From the IMG/VR virus record IMGVR_UViG_3300044608_002890: a DNA stretch of 64,000 nucleotides; one strand, written 5' to 3'. Of this stretch, positions 18,590-28,840 are shown piece after piece. A program made the position numbers and the translations under genes. How positions within the stretch are numbered: the stretch's first letter is position 1; each line of letters opens with the position of its first letter. The notes below the pieces were generated by a model. It had not been told where the DNA came from. It made no database searches and was given only the letters and a program-made list of their open reading frames with translations. Source of the DNA: a virus.

Positions 18590-19762
18590 ATGAAAGTACT
18601 CGTAGTAGGTGCTGGTATTACGGGTGTGATGTTGGCATACTATGCCTACAAAAAGGGCTTTGATGTTACCATAGTAGACCAACACGGCATAGCTACCAAG
18701 TGTAGTTATGCCAACGGTGGTCAAATCAGTGTATGCAATAGTCAGGTTTGGAATACCTGGAGTAACTTGGCCAAAGCCATAACCTGGCTAGGTCGAGAAA
18801 ATGCTCCATTGTTGATTAGGCCTGATCTTGATCTAGAAAAATATTCTTGGCTCATGAAATTCTCCCGGGAAATCATCATGGGCACAGCCGATGTCAATAC
18901 AGCTCGCACCATAGATCTTGGCCTACAGAGTCGCAAACTGTATGCTGAAATCATGCTGGAAATAGACAAACTTGAACAGCTAAGCAACATAGAATACAAT
19001 GGCATCCTGCACATCTATACTGATCTTGCAGACTACAAACAGGCTCTAAATCGAACTACATTCTTCAAAAATCTAGGACTGTCCTGGCAAGACGTGCCAG
19101 CCAGCAAACTTAGCAAAATAGAACCTTCGCTCATAGGGTTCGGCAGTAACTTGATGGGTGGAATTTTTACGCCCGAAGATTTTACTGGTGACATACATAG
19201 ATTCTGTGTGCATGTTCTTACCTGGCTACAGGCCAAGGGCGTAAGATACATACCTGCCATGATAAGCACCAAAGATGAATTGCTGGATAAGTTTCCAAGC
19301 AACTTTTACATATTGAGCACTGGAACCGAACTTCAACAGCAGGCTCAATGGTTTGATACTAATTTGGATATCTATCCAGTCAAAGGATATAGCCTAACCA
19401 TTGAAGCTCCAGCCAACAACATACCTAAGGTCAGCCTGCTTGATGAAAAGGCCAAGATCGTAAGCAGCAGATTGGGCAATAGATTTCGTGTAGCCGGTAC
19501 CGCAGAGTTTACTGGGCACAATGATGCCATTAATTCAAATCGTCTTAAACCTTTGTATGCATGGGTGCAAAAGAACTTTTCGCTTATAGATACTAGTAAG
19601 GCCAAGGAATGGGCCTGTCTAAGACCCATGCGTCCCAACATGTTGCCTGTGTGGGGCAAATTCAAATCTAGTAGCAATGTATTTTATCATGGCGGTCATG
19701 GACATTTGGGCTGGACTCTGGCACCCGCAACTGCAAAGAATTTAATTGATCAACTATTATGA
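18590..19762 (+). CDS. dadA: D-amino-acid dehydrogenase (FAD-dependent, DadA-like)
   Basis: GAGITG, SYANGGQIS, YPVKGYSLT, RVAGTAEF, WACLRPMRP, GHGHLGWTLAPATA. Confidence 0.85.
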   Translation: MKVLVVGAGITGVMLAYYAYKKGFDVTIVDQHGIATKCSYANGGQISVCNSQVWNTWSNLAKAITWLGRENAPLLIRPDLDLEKYSWLMKFSREIIMGTADVNTARTIDLGLQSRKLYAEIMLEIDKLEQLSNIEYNGILHIYTDLADYKQALNRTTFFKNLGLSWQDVPASKLSKIEPSLIGFGSNLMGGIFTPEDFTGDIHRFCVHVLTWLQAKGVRYIPAMISTKDELLDKFPSNFYILSTGTELQQQAQWFDTNLDIYPVKGYSLTIEAPANNIPKVSLLDEKAKIVSSRLGNRFRVAGTAEFTGHNDAINSNRLKPLYAWVQKNFSLIDTSKAKEWACLRPMRPNMLPVWGKFKSSSNVFYHGGHGHLGWTLAPATAKNLIDQLL

Positions 19763-20817
19763 AAATTGCCTTGATTACGGACACCCATTTCGGTGCCCGA
19801 AGTGATAATCTGACCTTTGATGGCTTCTTTAGGGACTTTTATACACATGTATTTTTTCCGACGCTCGAAAAAAACAACATCGACACCATCATACACCTGG
19901 GTGATATCTTTGATCGTCGCAAGTATATCAATTTTAATACCCTAAAAAATTGTCGTGAATATTTCTTCGACGAACTACAGCGTCGTGGAATCTTCATGCA
20001 TCTGCTGGTAGGCAATCACGATACCTTCTTTAAGAACACCAACGACGTAAACAGTCCAGGCTTGTTGCTGGACAGTTACGACAACATCAAATGCTACGCA
20101 GAACCTTTTGAGTTGGTAGGACTCAAAGACAACATCTTGCTCATGCCCTGGATTTGTTCTGATAACTATCAGCAGTGCATGGACATGATTGAACGCACCG
20201 AAGCCAAACGATTGTTCGGTCATTTGGAAATAGCAGGCTTTGTCATGCATCGTGGTCAGGAAAGCGAAGGTGGCTTTGACCCCAAAATCTTTGCCAAGTT
20301 TGAACAGGTTTTTAGCGGGCACTTTCATCATCGCAGCACCAAGGGCAACATTACCTATCTGGGCAATCCCTATGAAATGACCTGGAATGATTATGATGAT
20401 CCGCGAGGGTTTCATCTTTACGATACCAAAACACATGAACTTGAGTTCATAGAAAACCCTTATAGAATGTTTCATAGAATCGTCTATGATGATAGCAACG
20501 ACATCAACAAGAACATGGAACTTAGTAACCTGAAAGAACGCATGGTGAAATTAGTGGTTGCCAACAAGACAGATTTTTCGGAATTCGATAGGTTTGTGGA
20601 TCGACTCTATGCACAGAATCCCTTAGAATTAAAAATCATCGAAGACTTTTCAGAGTTTGAATCCGAAGCACTAGACGAAGAAAATTTAAATCTCGAAGAT
20701 ACCATGACACTGTTAAGTCAATACGTAGACAGTCTAGAGACCGATGCCAACAAGGATCGCATAAAAACCATTCTAAAAACTCTATATGTCGAAGCACAGG
20801 ATTATGAAGGCGCATGA
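19759..20817 (+). CDS. gp47: Recombination endonuclease subunit (T4 gp47, Mre11/SbcD-like)
   Basis: DTHFG, HLGDIFDRRK, GNHD, GHLE, SGHFH, YLGNPYE. Confidence 0.95.
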   Translation: MKIALITDTHFGARSDNLTFDGFFRDFYTHVFFPTLEKNNIDTIIHLGDIFDRRKYINFNTLKNCREYFFDELQRRGIFMHLLVGNHDTFFKNTNDVNSPGLLLDSYDNIKCYAEPFELVGLKDNILLMPWICSDNYQQCMDMIERTEAKRLFGHLEIAGFVMHRGQESEGGFDPKIFAKFEQVFSGHFHHRSTKGNITYLGNPYEMTWNDYDDPRGFHLYDTKTHELEFIENPYRMFHRIVYDDSNDINKNMELSNLKERMVKLVVANKTDFSEFDRFVDRLYAQNPLELKIIEDFSEFESEALDEENLNLEDTMTLLSQYVDSLETDANKDRIKTILKTLYVEAQDYEGA

Positions 20818-22529
20818 TAAAATTTTCCAAAATACGCTGGCGAAACTTTCTAAGTACTGGCAGTAACTTTACTGAGATACAACTAAATCGCAGTCCTAGC
20901 ACTCTGATCATAGGTGAGAATGGAGCCGGTAAAAGCACCATATTGGATGCCATTTGTTTTGCATTGTTCGGAAAACCCTTTCGCAGCATCAACAAGCCAC
21001 AGCTGGTAAACAGCATCAACGGTAAAAATTGCGAAGTAGAAATAGAATTCAGCATAGGCAGAAAAAACTATAGCATTGTTCGTGGCATCAAGCCTGCGAT
21101 TTTTGAAATTACCTGTGATGGTGAAGTGCTTAATCAGGATGCTGCCAGCCGGGACTATCAAAAGATTCTCGAAGAACAAATACTAAAATTAAACTATAAG
21201 TCTTTCACACAGATTGTCATACTAGGCAGTGCCAGCTTTACACCCTTCATGCAGTTGCCACCATCGCACAGACGCGAAATCATCGAAGACATTTTGGATA
21301 TTCAGATCTTTACGGTCATGAATACTGTGCTAAAAGATAAAATAAGCATTGTCAAGGACAGCATCAAAACCATTGATGGTCAGATCGAAGTAGGCAAGCA
21401 AAAAGTCAAAGTTCAAGGCGAGTATGTAAAAAAGTTAGAAGATGACAAAAAGAAACGAGAAGCAGATGCAAACCTGGCCATCACCGAATCACAAGCAACT
21501 ATTAATAGATTACAACAAGAGGCAGCGCAGCTGGCTGAAAATCTACAGACTCTCAAAGAATCAACAGCGGACGAGTCAACTGTCTCGCAAAGAAGAACTG
21601 AGATGGTTACTTTACTTAAATCACTCAATCAGCGTATCAACTCTGCCAGGGATCAGATTACCTTCTACGAGGAACATGATAATTGTCCAACATGCGCTCA
21701 GCTTCTTACTGGAGAGCTTAAGTCTACAGCGATTGAGAAACACTCGCATAAAATCGAAGAAATCAACGCGGCACTTGATTCCCTTAACCATAAAATCTCA
21801 GAAGTTGAAGCAAGAATTGATGCAATATCTGCTATCAAAAACACGATTGCCGATGTACAGGATTCGATCGTTGACATCAACAGTAAAATTATCAGCGAGC
21901 AAACCTTTATCCGTAAGATACAGACTGAAGCAGAGAAATCGGTTGATACAGAAAACAGTTTGGATAGCGCTAAATCAACCCTCAAAGAACTTGCCAAAGA
22001 AGTTGTATCGGCGTCAGAAAGTAAAAGTAAGTTCCGCGAGGACTCGTATTATCTTGAAGCCTGTGCCACGTTACTCAAGGATACTGGAATCAAAACTAGA
22101 ATTATAAAACAGTATCTGCCCGTAATCAACAAGCTGGTAAATAAATATCTAGCAGCCATGGACTTCTTTGTGAGCTTTGAGTTGGATGAAACCTTCAAAG
22201 AAGTCATTCGCAGTCGTCACCGAGACGATTTTAGCTATGCCAGCTTTAGTGAAGGGGAAAAGCAACGCATTGACCTTGCTCTCCTATTCACCTGGCGTAC
22301 CATAGCCAAGATGAAGAACAGTGCAGCCACCAACCTTCTCATACTCGATGAAGTATTCGATTCTAGTCTTGACAACAACGGTACTGATTACGTCATGGGT
22401 CTTTTGAACACTCTGGGCGAAGAAACCAATACATTTGTCATTAGCCATAAAGGTGATCAGCTCTTTGATAAGTTTAGAAGTCTGATCAAATTCGAAAAAC
22501 ACCAAAATTTTAGCCAGATGAAATTATGA
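20814..22529 (+). CDS. gp46: Recombination ATPase subunit (T4 gp46, Rad50/SbcC-like)
   Basis: NFLSTG, GENGAGKST, CPTC zinc hook, SFSEGEKQRIDLAL, LILDEVFDSSLD, VISHK. Confidence 0.96.
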   Translation: MIKFSKIRWRNFLSTGSNFTEIQLNRSPSTLIIGENGAGKSTILDAICFALFGKPFRSINKPQLVNSINGKNCEVEIEFSIGRKNYSIVRGIKPAIFEITCDGEVLNQDAASRDYQKILEEQILKLNYKSFTQIVILGSASFTPFMQLPPSHRREIIEDILDIQIFTVMNTVLKDKISIVKDSIKTIDGQIEVGKQKVKVQGEYVKKLEDDKKKREADANLAITESQATINRLQQEAAQLAENLQTLKESTADESTVSQRRTEMVTLLKSLNQRINSARDQITFYEEHDNCPTCAQLLTGELKSTAIEKHSHKIEEINAALDSLNHKISEVEARIDAISAIKNTIADVQDSIVDINSKIISEQTFIRKIQTEAEKSVDTENSLDSAKSTLKELAKEVVSASESKSKFREDSYYLEACATLLKDTGIKTRIIKQYLPVINKLVNKYLAAMDFFVSFELDETFKEVIRSRHRDDFSYASFSEGEKQRIDLALLFTWRTIAKMKNSAATNLLILDEVFDSSLDNNGTDYVMGLLNTLGEETNTFVISHKGDQLFDKFRSLIKFEKHQNFSQMKL

Positions 22530-23116
22530 TTATAATCCGTAAAGACCTAATCAACATTGTTGATCCTGCTAGCGACATCATGCGTACTCCCTTGCAGGAC
22601 TTTAATTTTGATGAACACGCTCAAGCTGAAATCGACATGATGGTAAATGTTCTAACCAATAAAATGGTAGAGCTTGGTGGTGTTGGTCTTAGTGCCAACC
22701 AGGTTGGTTTGCCATATAGAGTGTTCGTCATGGGCATCAAAGAATATCATGGAGCATTTTTCAATCCTCGAATCATTGAAACCATTGGTGAGCCCCAGGC
22801 TTTCAAGGAAGGTTGTCTAAGTTATCCCGGCCTGTTCATGTACATCAAACGTCCAGATTCAGTGCGTGTAGGTTATCAGAATCAACGAGGAGAGCATCGT
22901 GAAACTACATTTTCAGGTTTGACGGCAAGAATTTTTCAACATGAATATGATCATATGGAAGGCAGAGATTTTACCATGGGCGCTAGCAAGCTAAAAATGA
23001 AAATGGCCAAGGATCGATACGAAAAGAAAAAGAAGCAACTAATCAGGCAACATGCCATAGCCACCATGCGAAAGGCCATCGAAGATGGACACCAAGAAAA
23101 TACTAAAGCAGTATGA
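22526..23116 (+). CDS. def: Peptide deformylase
   Basis: GVGLSANQVG, EGCLSYPG, QHEYDHMEG. Confidence 0.94.
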   Translation: MIIIRKDLINIVDPASDIMRTPLQDFNFDEHAQAEIDMMVNVLTNKMVELGGVGLSANQVGLPYRVFVMGIKEYHGAFFNPRIIETIGEPQAFKEGCLSYPGLFMYIKRPDSVRVGYQNQRGEHRETTFSGLTARIFQHEYDHMEGRDFTMGASKLKMKMAKDRYEKKKKQLIRQHAIATMRKAIEDGHQENTKAV

Positions 23117-23360
23117 AGAACATGACTTCGGTTTCACGACCGAAGACGACCTCGAAGAAAAATTAGACAATCTTCATGGTCAATATCTGGACGAAGTGTC
23201 GGCTCTCAAGGCCGACATTCAACAATTAGAAAAGTTAATCATGCCCTTGCTGGTCAATCTCATGAAGAACCCCGACAAGCCTACCATTAAATGGCCTAAT
23301 CGCAAGGAACAGATCGAAGGGCAAATTGAGAAAATCCTAGCCATAACGAGGAAATCATGA
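23085..23360 (+). CDS. Hypothetical protein
   Basis: DFGFT...LEKLIMPLLVNLMKNPDKPTIKWPNR; coupled to neighbours. Confidence 0.6.
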   Translation: MDTKKILKQYEEHDFGFTTEDDLEEKLDNLHGQYLDEVSALKADIQQLEKLIMPLLVNLMKNPDKPTIKWPNRKEQIEGQIEKILAITRKS

Positions 23361-23557
23361 ATCACGAAGTTGAAAAATACGAAGGTGAACTAAGGGAATT
23401 ACGCGAACAAGTAAGAATGTTATGCACAGAAAACAAGGACTATGTTCTCATAGCTGCCAACAAAAAAATGATAAGGTACAATTCTAATCGTCCTATCAAA
23501 CAAATTTTAGCTGACTTGCCCTATGAAGTCACCGAGGTTTATGCGAGGATCCTATAA
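23357..23557 (+). CDS. Hypothetical protein
   Basis: 66-aa ORF, ATGA overlap, GAGG SD. Confidence 0.5.
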   Translation: MNHEVEKYEGELRELREQVRMLCTENKDYVLIAANKKMIRYNSNRPIKQILADLPYEVTEVYARIL

Positions 23558-23877
23558 TGGCAAATCAATTATTGATGTGGGATCTGGATCATGGTACTAA
23601 GGTTACATATGAAACTTTGGCCATCAAAGGAAGCATGCAGACTGTTGAGTACTATCTTAGTAATACGCAATTAGTACAGTTTGAAGATGATGATGAAGCC
23701 AAACGCTATGTAAAGGAGGAGCTTGCCAAGCTTGTAGCTAAACAGATCATGGAAAACCAAGATTTGGTTAGCTTTGTAAAATCCGAAGATTATAACCAGG
23801 GCATAACCAGGTACAAGGCAAGGTTTTGTTTGGTACCTGGAGAAATGGTTCAAGAAATGATAAAGTTAAAACATTGA
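23557..23877 (+). CDS. Hypothetical protein
   Basis: 106-aa ORF, TAATG overlap. Confidence 0.5.
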   Translation: MANQLLMWDLDHGTKVTYETLAIKGSMQTVEYYLSNTQLVQFEDDDEAKRYVKEELAKLVAKQIMENQDLVSFVKSEDYNQGITRYKARFCLVPGEMVQEMIKLKH

Positions 23878-23898
23878 TTTCAAAGCAGAAAATAGTGC

Positions 23899-23927
23899 TT
23901 GACTCTAGGTTGCAAAGGTGCTAGAAT
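23899..23927 (+). promoter_or_regulatory. Sigma70-like early promoter with extended -10
   Basis: TTGACT-17 bp-TAGAAT preceded by TG (GTGCTAGAATAGC). Confidence 0.75.
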
Positions 23928-23949
23928 AGCAGTATAGTAAGGAGAACAC

Positions 23950-26169
23950 ATGGAAAACCGAGGTATTCTAGCCCGTCTCATGGCTGTGGAGAACATTACA
24001 GTCGAACATCGCAACATCGAAACTGCTAGTTTCGATGTACTAAATCGTGTGCTCACCCTTCCGACCTGGAAGGCCATGAGCCCCGAGCTCTATGACATGT
24101 TGAGAGCTCATGAAGTTGGTCATGCTCTGGAGACGCCTGCACAGGGTTGGCATGGTACGGTCATTGCTGATCGACGCCTAAAAAGTTTCCTCAACGTAGT
24201 CGAAGATGCTCGCATTGAACGTTTGATCAAGAATCGTTTTCCTGGTCTGCGTCCTAGTTTCGTCAAAGGCTACAAGGAATTGTACGACCAAGACTTTTTT
24301 GGTACGGCCAATAAAAAACTAGACACTCTGCTGCTGGTTGACCGCATCAATTTGCATTTCAAGATTGGCAGTCATCTAAATGTTCCCTTTGACGACTACG
24401 AACAGACCATTGTCGATCGTGTAGCACAAGCTCGTACCTGGGATGATGTTGTGGCCCTGGCCAAGGAAATCTATGACTTCGATGCCGAAGAGCTCAAGCG
24501 TCAAATCGAAGAAAGTCTTGATGCTCAACGCATGCTTTCGGATGGTTTGGGTGATTTGGAATACGACGAAGATGCCGAAGGCCTAGAATCCGAAGAAGAA
24601 GCCGAAGGCGAAACTTCCGATGAACGCCACAAGGTTGGCGGCGATGGTGCCAGTGGTAATGTACATACTCCTGGTCGCAAGGTACTAGATGATTGGTATG
24701 AGTTTAGAAGCGAAACTGATGGTCCAGAAAGCATGACCGACACCATATTCAGACAACGCGAAACAGAACTGCTGGATGAAAAAACTCTGCCCAGAATCTA
24801 TGTTGACGTTCCAACGGCTAACCTAGACAACATCATTGTTCCGCATAAAGTCGTAGCCGATCAATTTAAATTTGTTGCTCTGGAAGGCGCAGAAATTGAC
24901 CAGCATCTCAAGAACAACTTGAAATTTCCAGAGTACAAGGCAGACTTCATGTTGCGCAACAGTAGATTTGTTGATCACATGGTGCGCGAATTCGAGATCA
25001 AACGCAATGCTCGTCAGATGGCCAGAGCCGGCAGTGCCAAGACAGGTGCATTGAACCTCAAGAAGGTACATCAATACAAGTTGACCGATGACCTGTTCCA
25101 ACGGCTAACAGTTGTACCCAAAGGCAAGAATCATGGCATGATCATGATGTTTGATCAGAGCGGCAGCATGGGCGAATACTATGGCCAGACTTTGGAACAG
25201 ATAGTTGTACTCAGCATGTTCTGTCGTAAGATTAATGTACCATTCCATGTCTATGGGTTTACCGACAATACCGATCATCTTCCCAACAACCAAAGATATG
25301 TTGAGCGTGCAAGTTTCTCAAGCAACGTTGGTGAAATTGCTTTCCATGGTCGGAATTATTTTACTCTGCGCGAATATTTTTCACATACACAGACATCAAC
25401 AGAATTCAAAGCCATGGTGGACAGAGTTTTGATATTGGCTGCTAGTTGGCGTAGGCGTAGTAGCTACATGGTTAGCATGTTGCCCTTGAGCGAACGTCTG
25501 TGTGGTACTCCCTTGAACGAAGCCATTGCCAGTCTCATAGAAATGGTTCCGGCCTTCAAAAAAGCTCATAGGTTGGACATTGTAAACACCATTCTGCTTA
25601 CCGATGGTGAAAGCAACAATGCTCTGAGTTCTTTTGTTGCCAATACAGATACCACTGAAAATTCACGACCCAAGACCGCAAACTATGTACATCGTTATGC
25701 TGGCTCAACTTATCTTTGCTTTAGGCACAAGGTCAGCAAATTAGAAGTGCAGACTTTGACCCATCACGACAATCGTGATGCAAGAACTACTGCGGCCTTG
25801 CTGCGGTTGATGTCCTCAATTACGGGTGCCCGTACCATTGGCTACTTTATTTCCGAAGGACACCGCAATCGTTTGCGTGAATGGTACAAAAGCAATCATG
25901 AACTATCCAATCCTAATTCCGAAGAAACTTTTGCCGAGTCAGCCGCTCTTGAAATTAGAAAACATGGTTATTGGTTATCCAAGGATGAACTGTTGACTGG
26001 TTACAAGAACTATTTCAGAGTAAGCGGTAAGTTCCTGGACTTCAAAGAAGAATCGTTGGAAGTTGATAGTGCAAATACCAAGGATCTTCGCAAGGCATTT
26101 GCCAAGTTACATGGTGACAAACGCAAGCATCGTTTACTTCTTAGTAATTTTATTGAGCAGATTGCTTGA
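23950..26169 (+). CDS. Metallopeptidase-vWA protein (CobT-like partner of a MoxR ATPase)
   Basis: N-terminal AHEVGH and NVVEDARIE; acidic linker; MIDAS-like MFDQSGSM, GTPLNEAI, LLTDGES. Confidence 0.82.
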   Translation: MENRGILARLMAVENITVEHRNIETASFDVLNRVLTLPTWKAMSPELYDMLRAHEVGHALETPAQGWHGTVIADRRLKSFLNVVEDARIERLIKNRFPGLRPSFVKGYKELYDQDFFGTANKKLDTLLLVDRINLHFKIGSHLNVPFDDYEQTIVDRVAQARTWDDVVALAKEIYDFDAEELKRQIEESLDAQRMLSDGLGDLEYDEDAEGLESEEEAEGETSDERHKVGGDGASGNVHTPGRKVLDDWYEFRSETDGPESMTDTIFRQRETELLDEKTLPRIYVDVPTANLDNIIVPHKVVADQFKFVALEGAEIDQHLKNNLKFPEYKADFMLRNSRFVDHMVREFEIKRNARQMARAGSAKTGALNLKKVHQYKLTDDLFQRLTVVPKGKNHGMIMMFDQSGSMGEYYGQTLEQIVVLSMFCRKINVPFHVYGFTDNTDHLPNNQRYVERASFSSNVGEIAFHGRNYFTLREYFSHTQTSTEFKAMVDRVLILAASWRRRSSYMVSMLPLSERLCGTPLNEAIASLIEMVPAFKKAHRLDIVNTILLTDGESNNALSSFVANTDTTENSRPKTANYVHRYAGSTYLCFRHKVSKLEVQTLTHHDNRDARTTAALLRLMSSITGARTIGYFISEGHRNRLREWYKSNHELSNPNSEETFAESAALEIRKHGYWLSKDELLTGYKNYFRVSGKFLDFKEESLEVDSANTKDLRKAFAKLHGDKRKHRLLLSNFIEQIA

Positions 26170-26194
26170 CAGTCGAAGAAATTCGTGCTAGAAT
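26166..26194 (+). promoter_or_regulatory. Sigma70-like early promoter with extended -10
   Basis: TTGACA-17 bp-TAGAAT (GTGCTAGAATAGC); -35 overlaps the preceding stop codon. Confidence 0.75.
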
Positions 26195-26220
26195 AGCATT
26201 ACATATATCATGGAGCCTGT

Positions 26221-27402
26221 ATGAAATACACTGATCTTAGCAAAAAGTCCCTGGTTGAAAAGCTTCTTTCGGACAATGGTCCCAGGGTCGATCGCCGTAC
26301 CATCGAAGCCGCAGCCCAGGCCATGGGCTTGCCTTTTCCCAGATTCATCATCGACAACAACAATCTTAAGGTTGGTCGTGGCATTTGGGATCTTGGTAAT
26401 TTTGATCCCGCTGTCCCTGCACCTGTTGCTAGTTATGAGCAACTAGCTGCACCAGCCCTGGCTGCTTCGGTTACGGCCATTGAGACTGTGCGCCAAAAGC
26501 GACTCATGAATGAGTTTGTTGATCTAGTTCCCGAAGAAGATGCTAACTTTGTTAGCCATGGCTTCTTCAGGGACCTTACTCAGATCATTCGCAGCAAGGA
26601 TTTCTTTCCGGTGTTCATTACGGGCCTGAGCGGCAATGGCAAAACCAGCATGGTTGAGCAGGTATGTGCTCGCCTAAAACGCGAAATGTTTCGTGTGAAC
26701 ATCAGCATTGAGACCGACGAAGACGATCTCATTGGTGGTGCTACGCTGGTGGATGGTAACGTTGTATATCGTGAAGGTCCAGTGTTGACTGCCATGCGTC
26801 GTGGTGCAGTGTTGTTGCTTGACGAAGTCGATCGTGGCAGCAACAAGTTGCTTTGCTTGCAGAGTGTGCTAGAAGGTAAGTCCTACCTGAATAAAAAGAC
26901 TGGTGAAGTAGTTCGTCCAGCTCCGGGCTTTACGGTGGTTGCCACAGCCAATACCAAGGGTCGTGGTACTGAAGATGGCAAGTACATTGCTGCGCAGATC
27001 CTGGACGAAGCATTCCTGGAGCGTTTCAGCATCACAGTCGAGCAAGAATATGCTGAACCCAAGGTAGAGAAAAAGATAGTCATGAACTACATGGCTAAAT
27101 ACAACATATCAGATGAAGATTTTGCTTCGAAGCTTGTGGCTTGGGCCGATATCATTCGCCGTACTCATTCCGAAGGCGGTGTGGATGAAATTATTAGTAC
27201 CCGCCGTCTGGTGGATGTGGTCAAGACCTTCAGTAAGTTCAATGATCGTAAAAAAGCCATTGAGCTCTGTACCAACCGTTTCGATGAAGAAACCAAGTTA
27301 GCCTTCCGTGAACTGTATGCCAAATTGGAAGCTCCTCCGGTCCCCGAAGAAGTTGCTCCAGCAGCTCCTTCTGTAGACCCCAGTGTAGAGATTCCTTTCT
27401 AA
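26221..27402 (+). CDS. cobS: MoxR-family AAA+ ATPase (CobS-like of T4-like phages)
   Basis: Walker A GLSGNGKT, DEDDLIGG, Walker B LLLDEVD, ATANTKGRG, LDEAFLERF, ISTRRLV. Confidence 0.85.
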   Translation: MKYTDLSKKSLVEKLLSDNGPRVDRRTIEAAAQAMGLPFPRFIIDNNNLKVGRGIWDLGNFDPAVPAPVASYEQLAAPALAASVTAIETVRQKRLMNEFVDLVPEEDANFVSHGFFRDLTQIIRSKDFFPVFITGLSGNGKTSMVEQVCARLKREMFRVNISIETDEDDLIGGATLVDGNVVYREGPVLTAMRRGAVLLLDEVDRGSNKLLCLQSVLEGKSYLNKKTGEVVRPAPGFTVVATANTKGRGTEDGKYIAAQILDEAFLERFSITVEQEYAEPKVEKKIVMNYMAKYNISDEDFASKLVAWADIIRRTHSEGGVDEIISTRRLVDVVKTFSKFNDRKKAIELCTNRFDEETKLAFRELYAKLEAPPVPEEVAPAAPSVDPSVEIPF

Positions 27403-27410
27403 GGAGTATT

Positions 27411-28127
27411 ATGCAAAGTCTTAAGAATGATAAACATGTTCTGACGGTCATCACGCCCACCATTGGGCGTGATATTTTGGATCGTCAGATTGAGAGCATT
27501 GATGCACAGACCGTAGCCGGTCAAATTTTTCACCTCATCATGTGGGATGAAAAGCGAATCGATGCAGGCATAGACCCCATGTCCTACAACGGTCCCAATC
27601 GTTACAGCATGGTCTTGCCCTGGGGGTTGGGACGGTACAAAGGAGCTCCAGGATCTAGTTTGAGAGCCGTAGCACTCATGGCTGCTAATACTACTTGGGT
27701 AACATTCGCTGACGATGATGTAGTATGGCGACCGACGCATGCTGAAAGCATGCTTAGAGCTGCCAACGGCCATCATTGGGCCGCTTGTCTGCGTCACATC
27801 TATGCACCAGGATCAGGTACCAGATTCCAAGAACAAGGGCGTGGTGAATATCTGGGCATAGACAGATTTGAGAGTGTGGGCGATGATCCAAATCGCAACG
27901 TACCCTATGAAATGATAGATAATAATTGCCTGATGTTCAATCGCATTCTGGGTGTGCATGCTGCACATCTGTATCGCCTGATCGAAGGTCCTGGTGATGA
28001 CCGACACTTTTATGCCTTCATGAAGCAAAATGCCGGACCCTTGGCACGTACCAACGAAGCCACCATCGAACATACATGCCCAGACCATCTCATAGACTTC
28101 TTTAGTCAAAACTGCAGCAAGGAATAG
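27411..28127 (+). CDS. Glycosyltransferase family 2-like (GT-A)
   Basis: VITPTIGR, WVTFADDDV (DxD), IDNNCLM, GDDR. Confidence 0.75.
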   Translation: MQSLKNDKHVLTVITPTIGRDILDRQIESIDAQTVAGQIFHLIMWDEKRIDAGIDPMSYNGPNRYSMVLPWGLGRYKGAPGSSLRAVALMAANTTWVTFADDDVVWRPTHAESMLRAANGHHWAACLRHIYAPGSGTRFQEQGRGEYLGIDRFESVGDDPNRNVPYEMIDNNCLMFNRILGVHAAHLYRLIEGPGDDRHFYAFMKQNAGPLARTNEATIEHTCPDHLIDFFSQNCSKE

Positions 28128-28129
28128 AC

Positions 28130-28840
28130 ATGTCCAACAAATACATTTGCTATAGCTTCTGGGGAGAAGACGAGCGTTTCAGTCTAGGCGCAGTTAAAAA
28201 TGCCGAACTAGCTCGTACACATCTGCCAGACTGGCAGGTCATCATGTATCATGATGACACTGTTCCCACCAAGTATATTCGTATACTTAACAACATGAGT
28301 CATGTAGAGGTTCGCAACATAGCCACCATAGATCCAGGCTATAAGATGGTGCACGGAGCATTCTGGCGTTTCTTGCCCATGTTTGAACGCGAAGGCCATT
28401 TTATCATGCGAGACACCGACAGCCGACTGACCAAGCGTGAAGCAAGGGCCGTTGAAGAATGGGTGAGCTCGGATCGTACCTTTCATGTAATTCGCGATCA
28501 TGAAGCCCATTATGAATGGCCAGTATTGGCAGGCATGTGGGGCATCAAAGGTGTAGTACATCCTTTCTTTCATGAACAAATGAAAAAGTATTGGCTGGCC
28601 AACTTTTATACAGTTGACCAGGTTTATTTGGCACAGGTACTTTGGCCAGCAGTCCAGCAGAGTGTGCTGGTTCATGGCATGCGTGAAGGTGGTTGGTTTG
28701 CCGACACCAGAAAGAATGTTGGCTACAATTTTGTTGGTGAGGGTTGGTATGAAGATGACACACCAATCTATAGCTTTGACATGCCCAGCCGTAAGTTCAA
28801 CAAGGGGCAAGAGAAAAACGTCTATAATTCGAGTCTGTAA
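28130..28840 (+). CDS. Glycosyltransferase-like protein (GT-A-type RDTDS motif)
   Basis: ICYSFWG, FWRFLP, MRDTDSR, FHVIRDH, LAGMWG, VDQVYL. Confidence 0.55.
   Translation: MSNKYICYSFWGEDERFSLGAVKNAELARTHLPDWQVIMYHDDTVPTKYIRILNNMSHVEVRNIATIDPGYKMVHGAFWRFLPMFEREGHFIMRDTDSRLTKREARAVEEWVSSDRTFHVIRDHEAHYEWPVLAGMWGIKGVVHPFFHEQMKKYWLANFYTVDQVYLAQVLWPAVQQSVLVHGMREGGWFADTRKNVGYNFVGEGWYEDDTPIYSFDMPSRKFNKGQEKNVYNSSL

Noticed and set aside
23950-27402. Cobalamin biosynthesis (cobaltochelatase)
   Set aside because: No cobN or other cob genes; generic MoxR-vWA architecture
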